Counted from the stretch's first letter, positions 1 through 9,187 are shown. The stretch is 64,000 nt of DNA from a virus (IMGVR_UViG_3300027994_000006:1-64000); one strand, 5' to 3'. Notes: generated by a model from the sequence alone, not told the origin. A program made the numbers and translations.

Positions 1-200
1 TGGCGGTTATCTTTACCTTAGTTCATTAACAAGTATTCCGGAGGGATTCAACCCTACAGTTGGCGGTTCTCTTGACCTTAGATCATTAACAAGTATTCCG
101 GAGGGATTCAACCCTACAGTTGGCGGTTCTCTTTACCTTAGATCATTAACAAGTATTCCGGAGGGATTCAACCCTACAGTTGGCGGTTCTCTTTACCTTA
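1..200 (+). repeat. Coding tandem repeat, 60-bp unit, about 3.3 copies visible
   Basis: Lines starting at 1, 61, 121 and 181 are near-identical (tggcggtt...accctacagt); differences are few and lie in the first third of the unit. Confidence 0.95.
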
Positions 201-703
201 GAAGAGGCTTGTCTGCAAAAACCACTAAACCTAAATCTGATTTTGACACTCCTAAAAATAAATTACTTTTTTGGAAAAACGGAAAATTTGTGAGCGCAGA
301 CAGAATTCTGACCGAAGTCATAAACAAGAAGGGGAATATTTACAAAGTAAGAAAAATCCACTCAACAAAAGAATTCTATTTAGTTTCTGATGGCAAAACT
401 CACGCACATGGAGATTCAATAAAATCTGCTCAAGAAGATTTTAGATTTAAACTAATCTCAGAAAAACTTAAAAAAGAACCGATTGATCCTGAAACCGAAT
501 TAACAGTAATGCATTATAGAACTATTACTGGTGCTTGCGATATTGGTTGTAGAGATTTTATGCAGCGAAATTCTATTCCATTCAAAGTAGAAAATAATAA
601 AACTATAGAAGTAAACCCTATTAAAGCAAAAGATCTACTTCCATTATTAGAGAAGAACAACGCTTATGGGATTGAACGGTTTAGAAGTTTAATCACTTTT
701 TAA
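1..703 (+). CDS. Phage protein with N-terminal 20-aa LRR-like tandem repeats (5'-truncated by window edge)
   Basis: The frame is open from position 2 (GGYLYLSSLTSIPEGFNPTV-GGSLDLRSLTSIPEGFNPTV-GGSLYLRSLTSIPEGFNPTV-GGSLYL) and runs in frame into the 209..703 ORF, so that ORF's TTG start is internal. Confidence 0.85.
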   Translation, partial: GGYLYLSSLTSIPEGFNPTVGGSLDLRSLTSIPEGFNPTVGGSLYLRSLTSIPEGFNPTVGGSLYLRRGLSAKTTKPKSDFDTPKNKLLFWKNGKFVSADRILTEVINKKGNIYKVRKIHSTKEFYLVSDGKTHAHGDSIKSAQEDFRFKLISEKLKKEPIDPETELTVMHYRTITGACDIGCRDFMQRNSIPFKVENNKTIEVNPIKAKDLLPLLEKNNAYGIERFRSLITF

Positions 704-713
704 TAAACTCAAA

Positions 714-1241
714 ATGAAACGCAACTCAGAAATAAAACTAAAAGTTGTAGAGTGGAATCCCGAGATTAATCTTGTCATTCTACAAACAACGAAAGGCACA
801 TTTTCTATTAATTCAGAAGAGTTTTTAAACTTTATTGATTCAGCTTCATTAGTAAGAGAAAAAACACCTATAAAGTTTAACGACTTGGCAGTAGAAATCC
901 TCAATCACTTGAATGATAAGTCGGGTAGGCGATTCCCAACAGACAACCTAAAAAATCTATCATTTATAGACGCCAGGTTGCGTGAAGGTGAAAATCCAAA
1001 AACACTAATGCAGGTGATAGAATACAAGTGCTGGCAATGGAAAGACGATTTTAAAACAAAAGAATGGCTTCGGCCTGAAACACTTTTTAATGCCACAAAA
1101 TTTCAAAGCTACAAACAACAAGTGTTAGACATCGAACAAAACCCTCAATCATTCAAAGAATATGTTACAAAAACTGAACAATCAAAATCAACATTTAACG
1201 AAATCAACCCATTGGATAGACTCTTTGGCGGAAATAGATGA
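714..1241 (+). CDS. Putative replication initiator with conserved phage C-terminal domain (Phg_2220_C-like)
   Basis: Motif LNHLNDKSGRRF...IDARLREG...VIEYKCWQW...EWLRPETLFNATKFQSY matches my recollection of that domain. Confidence 0.7.
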   Translation: MKRNSEIKLKVVEWNPEINLVILQTTKGTFSINSEEFLNFIDSASLVREKTPIKFNDLAVEILNHLNDKSGRRFPTDNLKNLSFIDARLREGENPKTLMQVIEYKCWQWKDDFKTKEWLRPETLFNATKFQSYKQQVLDIEQNPQSFKEYVTKTEQSKSTFNEINPLDRLFGGNR

Positions 1242-1932
1242 TAAGGATTTCTCAAAACAAGCATTTTTTCTTGCTTATATTGAGAGCCGGCTGTCACTAA
1301 GTCGGAATCTTTCTGCACCCCTCATTCAAACATTATCTGATTCAAAATTACAGATTATGACAACAATTCAGAGAGCGGTTTTGATTACAGCAAAGACTTT
1401 AAAGTATGCCGAGAATATGTCATTAGAATTAGCAACACTTCTAACATTAGGACTTTATGAATCATTTCAATCTTATCCTGTTGAAGATGTCATACTAATG
1501 TTAAAGATGGGTAGAAAGGAGCAGTTAACACCATCTAAAGGGAGATTAGATTCTGAAATATTAGCACAATGGACGAAAGTATTCTTTGAAAAAAAAGAAG
1601 AGGAACGTGAAAAGCTTTGGAACCTGGAAAAAGAAAACTTTAACCAAACTGCAGAAAAATTAGGGAAAAACTTTAGCGAATTGCCAACTGAATCGCAGGA
1701 AAAGCTTAACCAGCTATTCAATAAAATTGGAAAACCTAAAACAGAAGAAAACGAAATAAAACCAGTTATAAACCATCATCATATTTGGCTGACTAAACTG
1801 AAAAGTTCGGTAAAAATACTTTCAGATACAGAGTTAATTCAAGAATTAGGAAAAGCCGAAAACTCTGATGGTGAAACTTTTGAAAAAGCTGTTAAAATTT
1901 ATAAAGAGGAAATCACGAAAAGAAAAATTTAA
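1162..1932 (+). CDS. Hypothetical protein following the replication initiator (possible helicase loader); true start probably further downstream
   Basis: ORF track; position directly after the initiator. Function is inferred from gene order only. Confidence 0.4.
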   Translation: MLQKLNNQNQHLTKSTHWIDSLAEIDDKDFSKQAFFLAYIESRLSLSRNLSAPLIQTLSDSKLQIMTTIQRAVLITAKTLKYAENMSLELATLLTLGLYESFQSYPVEDVILMLKMGRKEQLTPSKGRLDSEILAQWTKVFFEKKEEEREKLWNLEKENFNQTAEKLGKNFSELPTESQEKLNQLFNKIGKPKTEENEIKPVINHHHIWLTKLKSSVKILSDTELIQELGKAENSDGETFEKAVKIYKEEITKRKI

Positions 1933-1936
1933 CCTA

Positions 1937-2509
1937 ATGATAAAACACGTAGAAAGAAATTTAGAGCACGAGAAAGCAGTTTTAATCTCGGAAAAGTATA
2001 AAGAATTCAACAAAAACACGCAATATAAACAATCGGTTTATGACCCGGTTTTAAGAATCAGAAGGTTTGAAGTATTAGAACGAGATCCTAGAGCAATTGA
2101 AATTAAAGCCTTCATAAAACCAGAAACACACAATAGAAAAGATAAACTTGAAAATAAGGCTATTAACAGCAAGGTTTCGCCTACACAACCAAAGTCAACC
2201 AAAGTAATTCTAAAAGAAAATTCACTTCGAGGAAAGATTTATAAAGCATATCAAGCCGGACAATCAAAGCAAGAAATTGCTGAAAGCTTGAAAATTACGA
2301 TAAGAAGAGTTTCTTCTGAAATAGGTAAGCGAAATCTACAATTAGGAGTTCAGCAAGCAGACAGAAAAAACGAAACTAGATTAAAAGTAGAAAAACTTCT
2401 CAAGAAAGAAACAAATCTTGCTACCATCGGAAAACAGTTAGGCATTGCGAGAAATACCGTTTTATATCATTACAATAAGATTCAAAAACTAAAAGTTCCG
2501 AACGGCTAA
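1937..2509 (+). CDS. Protein with two C-terminal HTH motifs (candidate transcriptional regulator)
   Basis: ATG at 1937; HTH-like segments QSKQEIAESLKITIRRVSSEI and NLATIGKQLGIARNTVLYHY. Confidence 0.6.
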   Translation: MIKHVERNLEHEKAVLISEKYKEFNKNTQYKQSVYDPVLRIRRFEVLERDPRAIEIKAFIKPETHNRKDKLENKAINSKVSPTQPKSTKVILKENSLRGKIYKAYQAGQSKQEIAESLKITIRRVSSEIGKRNLQLGVQQADRKNETRLKVEKLLKKETNLATIGKQLGIARNTVLYHYNKIQKLKVPNG

Positions 2510-2575
2510 ATCTAAGTCTCAAAGGGTACTAACAGTATCAGTAATTAATACTAACACAGGGCAAAAACAGAAATA

Positions 2576-3106
2576 ATGAGCAAATACATAGAATTAGCAA
2601 AAAAGATAAAAGCACTTGCGGATCGAGGTGTTGATGGAGAAAAAGACAATGCAGAAAAACTTCTCAAAGAAATTATGCAAAAACATAATATTTCGATTGA
2701 AGATTTAGAAGATGAAAAAATAGAATCTTTTTATTTCAATATTCCAACATACTCACACGATTTAGAATTTAAAATATTCCATCAGTTGACGGGGATTTTT
2801 GGATTAAAAACCTACGGCAAATTCTTGCCGAAAACAATCAAAGAATATGGATTAAAAGGAAATTATATGATCGAGTGCTCAAAAATTGTTTACATCGAAA
2901 TTAAAGCAAAATATGAATTTTACTGCCAACAATTTAAAACAAGGCTGGACGAATTTTTCTATGCTTTTTGTATGAAAAATAATCTTTTAGTTCCGAGCAA
3001 AAAAACAACGGACGACATCAATCCAGAGGAAAGAAAAAAGATGATTAATGCTATGAAGCTATCCAGGGAATTAGAAGCTGACAATTTCGCAAAACAAATC
3101 CAATAA
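2576..3106 (+). CDS. DUF2786-like domain protein
   Basis: N-terminus KKIKALADRGVDGEKDNAEKLLKEIMQKHNI is the typical DUF2786 helical hairpin. Confidence 0.7.
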   Translation: MSKYIELAKKIKALADRGVDGEKDNAEKLLKEIMQKHNISIEDLEDEKIESFYFNIPTYSHDLEFKIFHQLTGIFGLKTYGKFLPKTIKEYGLKGNYMIECSKIVYIEIKAKYEFYCQQFKTRLDEFFYAFCMKNNLLVPSKKTTDDINPEERKKMINAMKLSRELEADNFAKQIQ

Positions 3107-3152
3107 AAATGGATAGAGAAACAATAATCATCACATCCTAATAACTAAAACA

Positions 3153-3518
3153 ATGAACACACAAACAATGAACGGCTACACTGATAATAAAATTAAGGTA
3201 GCCAACGCCAATAAACAGCTAATCATAGCCAAATCTTTAAACAGACCAGTAATAATGTTAAGGCGTGGAGTAACGGGCGATATGCACCATAATAAGACCG
3301 CTACACCTTGCACCCGAAACTTAACAATGATGGAAAGAGCTAAAGAAGATAGAGACGATGCGCTGAAGCTTTTTGAATCTGGAATTACCTTTTCTGAAAT
3401 CTCTAAGAAGTTGAGAAAGAGCCGAAATACCATCAATAATTATTTCAAATATTGGGTTTCTGAAAACGGCGAAGATTGGGGAAAGCAAGTGAAAACCAAA
3501 AGAGACGGGAAAGGTTAG
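3153..3518 (+). CDS. HTH domain protein
   Basis: C-terminal GITFSEISKKLRKSRNTINNYF. Confidence 0.6.
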   Translation: MNTQTMNGYTDNKIKVANANKQLIIAKSLNRPVIMLRRGVTGDMHHNKTATPCTRNLTMMERAKEDRDDALKLFESGITFSEISKKLRKSRNTINNYFKYWVSENGEDWGKQVKTKRDGKG

Positions 3519-3658
3519 TCTATTTTATCTTTTTTTGCAAGATCTCGGATAGCTTGCTCAATAACATTTGCCCTCGTAGTCTGTCTTTTAGCTTTCAGTT
3601 TTTCCAAAAGAAGTTCAACTTCATCGGATATTCTAATAGATGTTAATTTCTTACTCAT
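3515..3658 (-). CDS. Ribbon-helix-helix (CopG/Arc-like) regulator, 47 aa, missing from the ORF track
   Basis: Hand translation MSKKLTSIRISDEVELLLEKLKAKRQTTRANVIEQAIRDLAKKDKID* fits the RHH strand-helix-helix pattern; promoter box TACCTTTG at 3663-3670 (minus). Confidence 0.75.
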   Translation of the reverse strand: MSKKLTSIRISDEVELLLEKLKAKRQTTRANVIEQAIRDLAKKDKID

Positions 3659-3659
3659 A

Positions 3660-3750
3660 GGACAAAGGTAAAATATATCAAAACAATATCAAAATAAACT
3701 TGTGAAATATATCAAAATGATATATCTTTGAAAAATCAAATAACAGAATT
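3660..3750. promoter_or_regulatory. Divergent promoters with repeated ATATC-type operator sites
   Basis: TAnnTTTG boxes at 3663-3670 (minus) and 3723-3730 (plus); three ATATCAAAA copies and the inverted repeat ATATATCA-AAA-TGATATAT between them. Confidence 0.6.
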
Positions 3751-4164
3751 ATGCACAGAGAAATAAAATTTAGAGCTTGGAACGGAGAACAAATGGTTTA
3801 TGAAGGCGGGAAATCATTCGCAGGCTATATGCACTCTTATCAAATCCTATCAAATTATGAAACTGTAATGCAGTTTATTGGATGGCAGGATAAAAATGCA
3901 AAAGAAATCTATGAAGGTGATATTTTGAGAATTAAAACAAAAGTTACGGTTTGGTTGGACGATGATGATTTTCTATCTGAAAGCATAGAAGTAGATCAAG
4001 AAATTACTGCACAAGTAGTCTATAATGTAGAAATCGCAGGATTTGAGCTTTTAACAATCGAATCAGATGAACATTTAAAATCTTGGGGATTCTATGAAGG
4101 TGAAGATGTGAAGGATTTTGAAATTATCGGAAATATTTTCTCTAACCCCGAATTACTCTCTTAA
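3751..4164 (+). CDS. YopX family protein
   Basis: MHREIKFRAWNG...MQFIGWQDKNAKEIYEGDIL...FEIIGNIFSNPELL. Confidence 0.9.
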   Translation: MHREIKFRAWNGEQMVYEGGKSFAGYMHSYQILSNYETVMQFIGWQDKNAKEIYEGDILRIKTKVTVWLDDDDFLSESIEVDQEITAQVVYNVEIAGFELLTIESDEHLKSWGFYEGEDVKDFEIIGNIFSNPELLS

Positions 4165-4181
4165 CCATTAAACAACCTATT

Positions 4182-4394
4182 ATGAACAAAAAACAATTTG
4201 AAGAAAACAAAGAACCGCTTGCGCTGATTGTTTCTTTTGACCCAGAAACCGGAAAATCAATTTTTGATACTTATAACTGGAGTGAAAGAGATTATTGGAT
4301 GTCTGTATTTGAAAAAGATTTCCCAAAGTTGATACACTTTTCAACATTGAATAAATCAGCTATAAACGAGAGAAAAGAAACACAATCTAAATAA
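4182..4394 (+). CDS. Hypothetical phage protein
   Basis: ORF track; co-oriented in the early gene array. Confidence 0.55.
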   Translation: MNKKQFEENKEPLALIVSFDPETGKSIFDTYNWSERDYWMSVFEKDFPKLIHFSTLNKSAINERKETQSK

Positions 4395-4405
4395 CCAATT
4401 ATAAC

Positions 4406-4645
4406 ATGGCGAACAATATCGAAGTAACAACAAATGACGGCCGTTATGTTGAATTAACTAAAGAAGAATCAGCGTTTTTAAGAGCTTTGAGGAGGCTTGA
4501 GAAAATGGATTCAGGTAGAATTTTACTTTTTGGCAACGGTACAGGCTCTGCAAGATTAGATGACGGGATTGAATTTGATGGATTTAGTAATTCTGAATTT
4601 GAAACAATCCAAATAAGATGTGATGGTGGAGATGGCGGGGATTAA
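4406..4645 (+). CDS. Hypothetical phage protein
   Basis: ORF track; co-oriented in the early gene array. Confidence 0.55.
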   Translation: MANNIEVTTNDGRYVELTKEESAFLRALRRLEKMDSGRILLFGNGTGSARLDDGIEFDGFSNSEFETIQIRCDGGDGGD

Positions 4646-4711
4646 CAACAATCCCTTTATACATCAACTCCGGAGATAAAACAAATAGGTCTTTAACCAC
4701 AAATCACCATT

Positions 4712-4879
4712 ATGAAATTCACTACCCGATTACAATTAATTAAGATTTTGATCTTCTTTTTCGTCCTTATAATCTCATTATTATTTACTAATGCAATATA
4801 TAATGCAGTAAGGATGATTAATATCGGGTTGGAAGCTCATAAAATGAATAATAATAACAAATTAGAATTATGGAAATAA
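4712..4879 (+). CDS. Small single-TM protein, 55 aa, missing from the ORF track
   Basis: MKFTTRLQLIKILIFFFVLIISLLFTNAIYNAVRMINIGLEAHKMNNNNKLELWK* fills the gap and overlaps the next start. Confidence 0.55.
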   Translation: MKFTTRLQLIKILIFFFVLIISLLFTNAIYNAVRMINIGLEAHKMNNNNKLELWK

Positions 4880-5148
4880 AAAATATTCATCAACACGCAG
4901 GGTGGTTTGCTTCTTATATGAACGCCTCCGATGGAGGTAGCGATGCTCAAGGTCAAGCATTAGTGGAATGTCAAATAAAAAAAATAAAACAGCTTACCGA
5001 ATTGCTTGAAACTATTAGTGGCGAAATTCAATTATTTGACGAACCGAAAGAATATAGTGCGGAAACCATTTTAGAGTCTATTAGAAGCCTAATCGAACAA
5101 GTGAAAGAAGTTGAACACGTAAGTGGTTCTTACAAATGGGTCGGGTAA
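4870..5148 (+). CDS. Hypothetical phage protein
   Basis: ORF track. Confidence 0.55.
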   Translation: MEIKNIHQHAGWFASYMNASDGGSDAQGQALVECQIKKIKQLTELLETISGEIQLFDEPKEYSAETILESIRSLIEQVKEVEHVSGSYKWVG

Positions 5149-5173
5149 ATATTAACAATAAACAATAGATATT

Positions 5174-5515
5174 ATGGAATACCAAATTAACAAATCCAAC
5201 ATTGAAAAAATAGATTGGGTAAACAAAATTTTAAGAATTTATTTTACGCCAGGACAAGTCGTGGCATATCAAGATGTTCCAGAAGGAATAGCAGTTGGAA
5301 TGGCAAATGCTCCATCAGCTGGAAGTTTTCACAGATTGTATATCAGTGGGCAATTCTCATCTAAACTTGAAAAACAATCTGAAATTAAAGAGCAAAATAT
5401 TGCGCTACTTCATCATAAAGATACTACTGTTGGTTTATGGGCAACGGATCGCCCTGATCTAATACCTGATGAAATAAAAAATGTTTTCTTTCAAATAGAA
5501 TACAACGAAATTTAA
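5174..5515 (+). CDS. KTSC domain protein with C-terminal extension
   Basis: SNIEKIDW..KILRIYF..G..VAYQDVP...MANAPSAGSFHRLYI is the KTSC pattern. Confidence 0.8.
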   Translation: MEYQINKSNIEKIDWVNKILRIYFTPGQVVAYQDVPEGIAVGMANAPSAGSFHRLYISGQFSSKLEKQSEIKEQNIALLHHKDTTVGLWATDRPDLIPDEIKNVFFQIEYNEI

Positions 5516-5541
5516 AACTAAGAGCGGATTAAACCCCGCTT

Positions 5542-5742
5542 TTGGCGGTAAAAGAATATAAAATTATGAATGAATTTATCTGGAATCTGAAATGCTTATA
5601 CAACGCTTGGAAGTATAGAAAAGAGCACGAGACAATGGAAAATCAATATCAATGGTATCGATATTTAGTAATCTGTGATTTGAAGGCATTTTTTAAGAGA
5701 TTCAAATTCTGGAAATCAAACGATCAAGAATTGCCTTTCTAA
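5542..5742 (+). CDS. Hypothetical phage protein
   Basis: ORF track. Confidence 0.5.
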   Translation: MAVKEYKIMNEFIWNLKCLYNAWKYRKEHETMENQYQWYRYLVICDLKAFFKRFKFWKSNDQELPF

Positions 5743-5774
5743 TCCCTAATATTAAACCAAATAAAAAATTAATT

Positions 5775-6143
5775 ATGAATACAGAATTAAATACAGTTAT
5801 GCTTGGCGATTGGCGAGTAGATAAAAGCGGATATTTAACTAAAGGTGGAGGATTATGTATAATGAATGGAAATGAATGTGTTGCTGTCGTAGGAGATGGA
5901 AACACCCATCAGCCAATCAATGCACACGCCCAGCTTATCGCTGATGCCGGAAACACCATCCAATCCTGCGGACTTCTCCCCTCTCAATTATTAAAGCAGA
6001 ACAATGAGATGAGAGAGAAATTACAATTCTTTCTTGATAGCAAAGGTGAGATTTTAAGAGCGTTGGATTTCGCAAATGAATTAGCAGATGATTATGCATT
6101 CCTTTTTGAAGGACTTGAAACGTTAATTAATAGTAATAAATAA
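5775..6143 (+). CDS. Hypothetical phage protein
   Basis: ORF track. Confidence 0.55.
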   Translation: MNTELNTVMLGDWRVDKSGYLTKGGGLCIMNGNECVAVVGDGNTHQPINAHAQLIADAGNTIQSCGLLPSQLLKQNNEMREKLQFFLDSKGEILRALDFANELADDYAFLFEGLETLINSNK

Positions 6144-6145
6144 TT

Positions 6146-6388
6146 ATGAGCCAATTAATATCAGTAAGAACAAATATTTTTTACACAAAAGTAAAAGGTG
6201 AATATCTTCGAAATCAAGAATTGATTTTCTTGTTGGACAAGCCTAAATACTCGTTTACAAATGAAAATGAAGTATTAAGAGAAAGAGGCATTGAAGAAGT
6301 CAGAATGATGATTTCACAATCAGCATTTGAGCAAATGTTAGAAATACTCACATCTCTGAAAGATGTAAAAGAAGAAGATTTAAAGTAA
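6146..6388 (+). CDS. Hypothetical phage protein
   Basis: ORF track. Confidence 0.55.
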   Translation: MSQLISVRTNIFYTKVKGEYLRNQELIFLLDKPKYSFTNENEVLRERGIEEVRMMISQSAFEQMLEILTSLKDVKEEDLK

Positions 6389-6418
6389 TCGAATCAACTA
6401 ACCCTTAATAAACAATTT

Positions 6419-6586
6419 ATGAAACAAATAATAGCCCTAATATTAACTATAATCGGAGGCGCTTCATTAGGATTAGATTATGAAATAGGATCTTTAAAAT
6501 GGATTATTTCAGTCATTATCTCTCAATTAATTATTTTCCCTGCCTATTCCTATTGGGTAGCTTATTTAAAGAAACCTAACCCATAA
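6419..6586 (+). CDS. Small two-TM membrane protein, 55 aa, missing from the ORF track
   Basis: MKQIIALILTIIGGASLGLDYEIGSLKWIISVIISQLIIFPAYSYWVAYLKKPNP*. Confidence 0.55.
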   Translation: MKQIIALILTIIGGASLGLDYEIGSLKWIISVIISQLIIFPAYSYWVAYLKKPNP

Positions 6587-6597
6587 TATATAATACG

Positions 6598-6858
6598 ATG
6601 AATATAATAGAAGAATATAATGGTCACGAAAAATCATTGATTTCAGAAGATATTAATGGAGAATTTTATTTTACTCTAAATGGGTTTGATAAAAGTAGAC
6701 CTTCGAGATTAAAATCTAAGCCTTTCCAATTAACCATTAATTCGCAAGGTGGTTCTGATGAATCCTACATAAATATAAATTTAGAAGAAATGATAGGTAT
6801 GAGAGATTTATTAAATGAAGCAATTGAATCTTTAGCACCACTTAAAGTTAACCCTTAA
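6598..6858 (+). CDS. Hypothetical phage protein
   Basis: ORF track. Confidence 0.55.
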   Translation: MNIIEEYNGHEKSLISEDINGEFYFTLNGFDKSRPSRLKSKPFQLTINSQGGSDESYININLEEMIGMRDLLNEAIESLAPLKVNP

Positions 6859-6869
6859 TACTTATACTA

Positions 6870-7232
6870 ATGACTAAGCAAGAAAAGATAATTGAAGCAT
6901 ACGGCGAGTATTATAAAAAATGTAACCCTAATGAAAACGGTTGGATTGATTATGATATTTGGTTTAAACATATAGGTCATAAAATTGATTATGATTATAG
7001 TAATAACCAAATGTCAACACGTCCAAAATCTCTATCAGGAATCGAAAATAACAATGGTTGGAATTCTTTTAATTATGAAGAACTACCCAAAAATATGGAT
7101 TGTCACGTAATAAATCCACAAGGTGATATTGTTGTATTGTCAACAAATGTAATCAATTCCATTTCTAAAAATAGTCTTGCGAACATCTCTCACTACAAAA
7201 TAATCGAAAAACCTAAACCCCCAGTCTATTAA
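6870..7232 (+). CDS. Hypothetical phage protein
   Basis: ORF track; tightly packed. Confidence 0.6.
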   Translation: MTKQEKIIEAYGEYYKKCNPNENGWIDYDIWFKHIGHKIDYDYSNNQMSTRPKSLSGIENNNGWNSFNYEELPKNMDCHVINPQGDIVVLSTNVINSISKNSLANISHYKIIEKPKPPVY

Positions 7233-7234
7233 CT

Positions 7235-7705
7235 ATGAAAAGCACAATATTAAACCTCAATAAAAGAGTTCTTGTAGTGGAGATTCCGAAAGATGTTAAA
7301 ATTGAACAAACATCTGAAACTAATCTAAAATTGAATGATACAGAAATAATCGGATTAGAAGGTCTTCCATTTGAAGAAGAATTTGATGTGAACTTTATTT
7401 GCAAAGGTTCTGAATTATCGGAAGAGATAGCGAAAGGATTAGTTGATAGTAGAAATATTAATTACGAAGATATTTATTTTGACTATAAAGAAGATTGTTG
7501 GTTTGATGAATCAATGACCGCTCTTGACTCTTTCATATCAGCGATTGAAGCTAATCAGATGTTTTGGGGAAAGAATCCGAAATCGCATCCAACTGAAATT
7601 GAACCTACAAATAGAAATCACTTTGATAAACTGTCAGATGATTTTTTAGAAGCCGAATCCAAAACCTTCCATCCCGAACAAGTAATACTTTTTGAAATAC
7701 TTTAA
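7235..7705 (+). CDS. Hypothetical phage protein
   Basis: ORF track; tightly packed. Confidence 0.6.
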   Translation: MKSTILNLNKRVLVVEIPKDVKIEQTSETNLKLNDTEIIGLEGLPFEEEFDVNFICKGSELSEEIAKGLVDSRNINYEDIYFDYKEDCWFDESMTALDSFISAIEANQMFWGKNPKSHPTEIEPTNRNHFDKLSDDFLEAESKTFHPEQVILFEIL

Positions 7706-7707
7706 TT

Positions 7708-8007
7708 ATGAGACGATTTGAAACATTACAAGAAACACAGCAAAGGTTTATTCAAACTAAGACTAAATTGAAAAAGCTTTTAGATATGTGTTTAGAAAAA
7801 GAACTGCAATTTAACGTTAATCCGGAAGCTGAAAATCTTAGCATTTATCATATAGACAGGCAAGGTGAATTTACATTTAACTACGACTGTTATTATTTTG
7901 GAAATCTAAGCGATTTAAGAAATGGCAATACTATTCCTCTGGATGATGTAATTAAAAAAGTAAAAGCTTATAAATTAAATAAATCTCAATATCCTTCCCT
8001 TCACTAA
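7708..8007 (+). CDS. Hypothetical phage protein
   Basis: ORF track; tightly packed. Confidence 0.6.
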   Translation: MRRFETLQETQQRFIQTKTKLKKLLDMCLEKELQFNVNPEAENLSIYHIDRQGEFTFNYDCYYFGNLSDLRNGNTIPLDDVIKKVKAYKLNKSQYPSLH

Positions 8008-8026
8008 TTAAGAAACAAATAACAGT

Positions 8027-8362
8027 ATGGAAAATACAATTGACAATAAAAAGAAATTTTTCGCTCTGTATTGGGGGCAAGATGTCGCCTTAGTAACAAA
8101 GGGATCTTATACCCATCCTAAAGACACAAAACACGTTGTTTGCGGGCAGGTCATCAATAGCTTAACATCTTACGTGAAACACAATTATTCATTAGAATTA
8201 CTGCCTGTTGCATTAATACAAGAAGATGAAGTTGTGGAATGTTTCCGCAAAGGCCTTCAGAGTATAGACTATATGCGTTCAAAAGGATATGCTCTACCTT
8301 ATATGGATTTATCAGTTGATGATTTGATTTCATACAGATGGATAAAACTTAAAACTGATTAG
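8027..8362 (+). CDS. Hypothetical phage protein
   Basis: ORF track. Confidence 0.6.
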   Translation: MENTIDNKKKFFALYWGQDVALVTKGSYTHPKDTKHVVCGQVINSLTSYVKHNYSLELLPVALIQEDEVVECFRKGLQSIDYMRSKGYALPYMDLSVDDLISYRWIKLKTD

Positions 8363-8364
8363 CT

Positions 8365-8613
8365 ATGAACATAATCTTAAGCTTCACGGACCAATCCAAA
8401 TCATTCACTTATGGTGTTGAGTATGGAAGATTGTTGGAGCGCTTCGAAAAGGGCGTTGAAGTAATTGAAAATAATAATTTCCCGGTGAGTATAGAAAATA
8501 AAGAAATGCTTAGAAATACTTGTAAAGCTTTTGACTACACACCAGTATTTGGAGATAATTATTATAACGAATGGATAGAATTTCGAGCGATAAAAAACAG
8601 TAATAAAAATTAG
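8365..8613 (+). CDS. Hypothetical phage protein
   Basis: ORF track. Confidence 0.6.
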   Translation: MNIILSFTDQSKSFTYGVEYGRLLERFEKGVEVIENNNFPVSIENKEMLRNTCKAFDYTPVFGDNYYNEWIEFRAIKNSNKN

Positions 8614-8615
8614 CT

Positions 8616-8957
8616 ATGAGCAACACTAAATTTATAAAGGTCTTCATCACTGAACGATTGCCTAAAAAAGGTGGTAGTATTAATTCCAACCTCGGAGTAA
8701 TATTCTATAATGACAGATCTAAAAAGTTTGAAGATAATGATTTGCCAAATATTGTTTATCCTTATTATTTCTTAGAGGAAGTTCCCGACCGTGAATCAGA
8801 ATTGATTGAGATGTTGGAGAAGTGCAAAGAATCACTTGATTGGGTATATGAAAACTGCATTGCACCAGACGCTGAAATGGATGACGAAATTCATCATATC
8901 CTTTTCAGAAAACAAGAATTAGAATACTTAATCCAATCAGTAAAACAACCAAAATGA
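8616..8957 (+). CDS. Hypothetical phage protein
   Basis: ORF track. Confidence 0.6.
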   Translation: MSNTKFIKVFITERLPKKGGSINSNLGVIFYNDRSKKFEDNDLPNIVYPYYFLEEVPDRESELIEMLEKCKESLDWVYENCIAPDAEMDDEIHHILFRKQELEYLIQSVKQPK

Positions 8958-9187
8958 AAGTAAACAGAAGATATTTAGGATTGCGAATCCTTACAGCGCC
9001 ATTAAAACTAGTATTCACTCTAATATGGTTTATGCTTTATTCCTTAATCCACGTTTACCAATGGGTGATATTTGGAAGTGATGAAGTTGTTTTCGGAAAT
9101 GACTTTAACCGAAATACAATCAAAGAATTAATTCAAGAAATTGAAAAATCAACAAAAATGAACTGTTCGGAAATCCCGAAAAGTTGA
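8954..9187 (+). CDS. Small membrane protein
   Basis: Hydrophobic segment LKLVFTLIWFMLYSLIHVYQWVIF; ATGA overlap with the previous gene. Confidence 0.6.
   Translation: MKVNRRYLGLRILTAPLKLVFTLIWFMLYSLIHVYQWVIFGSDEVVFGNDFNRNTIKELIQEIEKSTKMNCSEIPKS

Noticed and set aside
1-200. 60-bp repeats as a CRISPR array
   Set aside because: The units are contiguous with no unique spacers, are a multiple of 3, translate as an open 20-aa repeat, and no cas genes are present.
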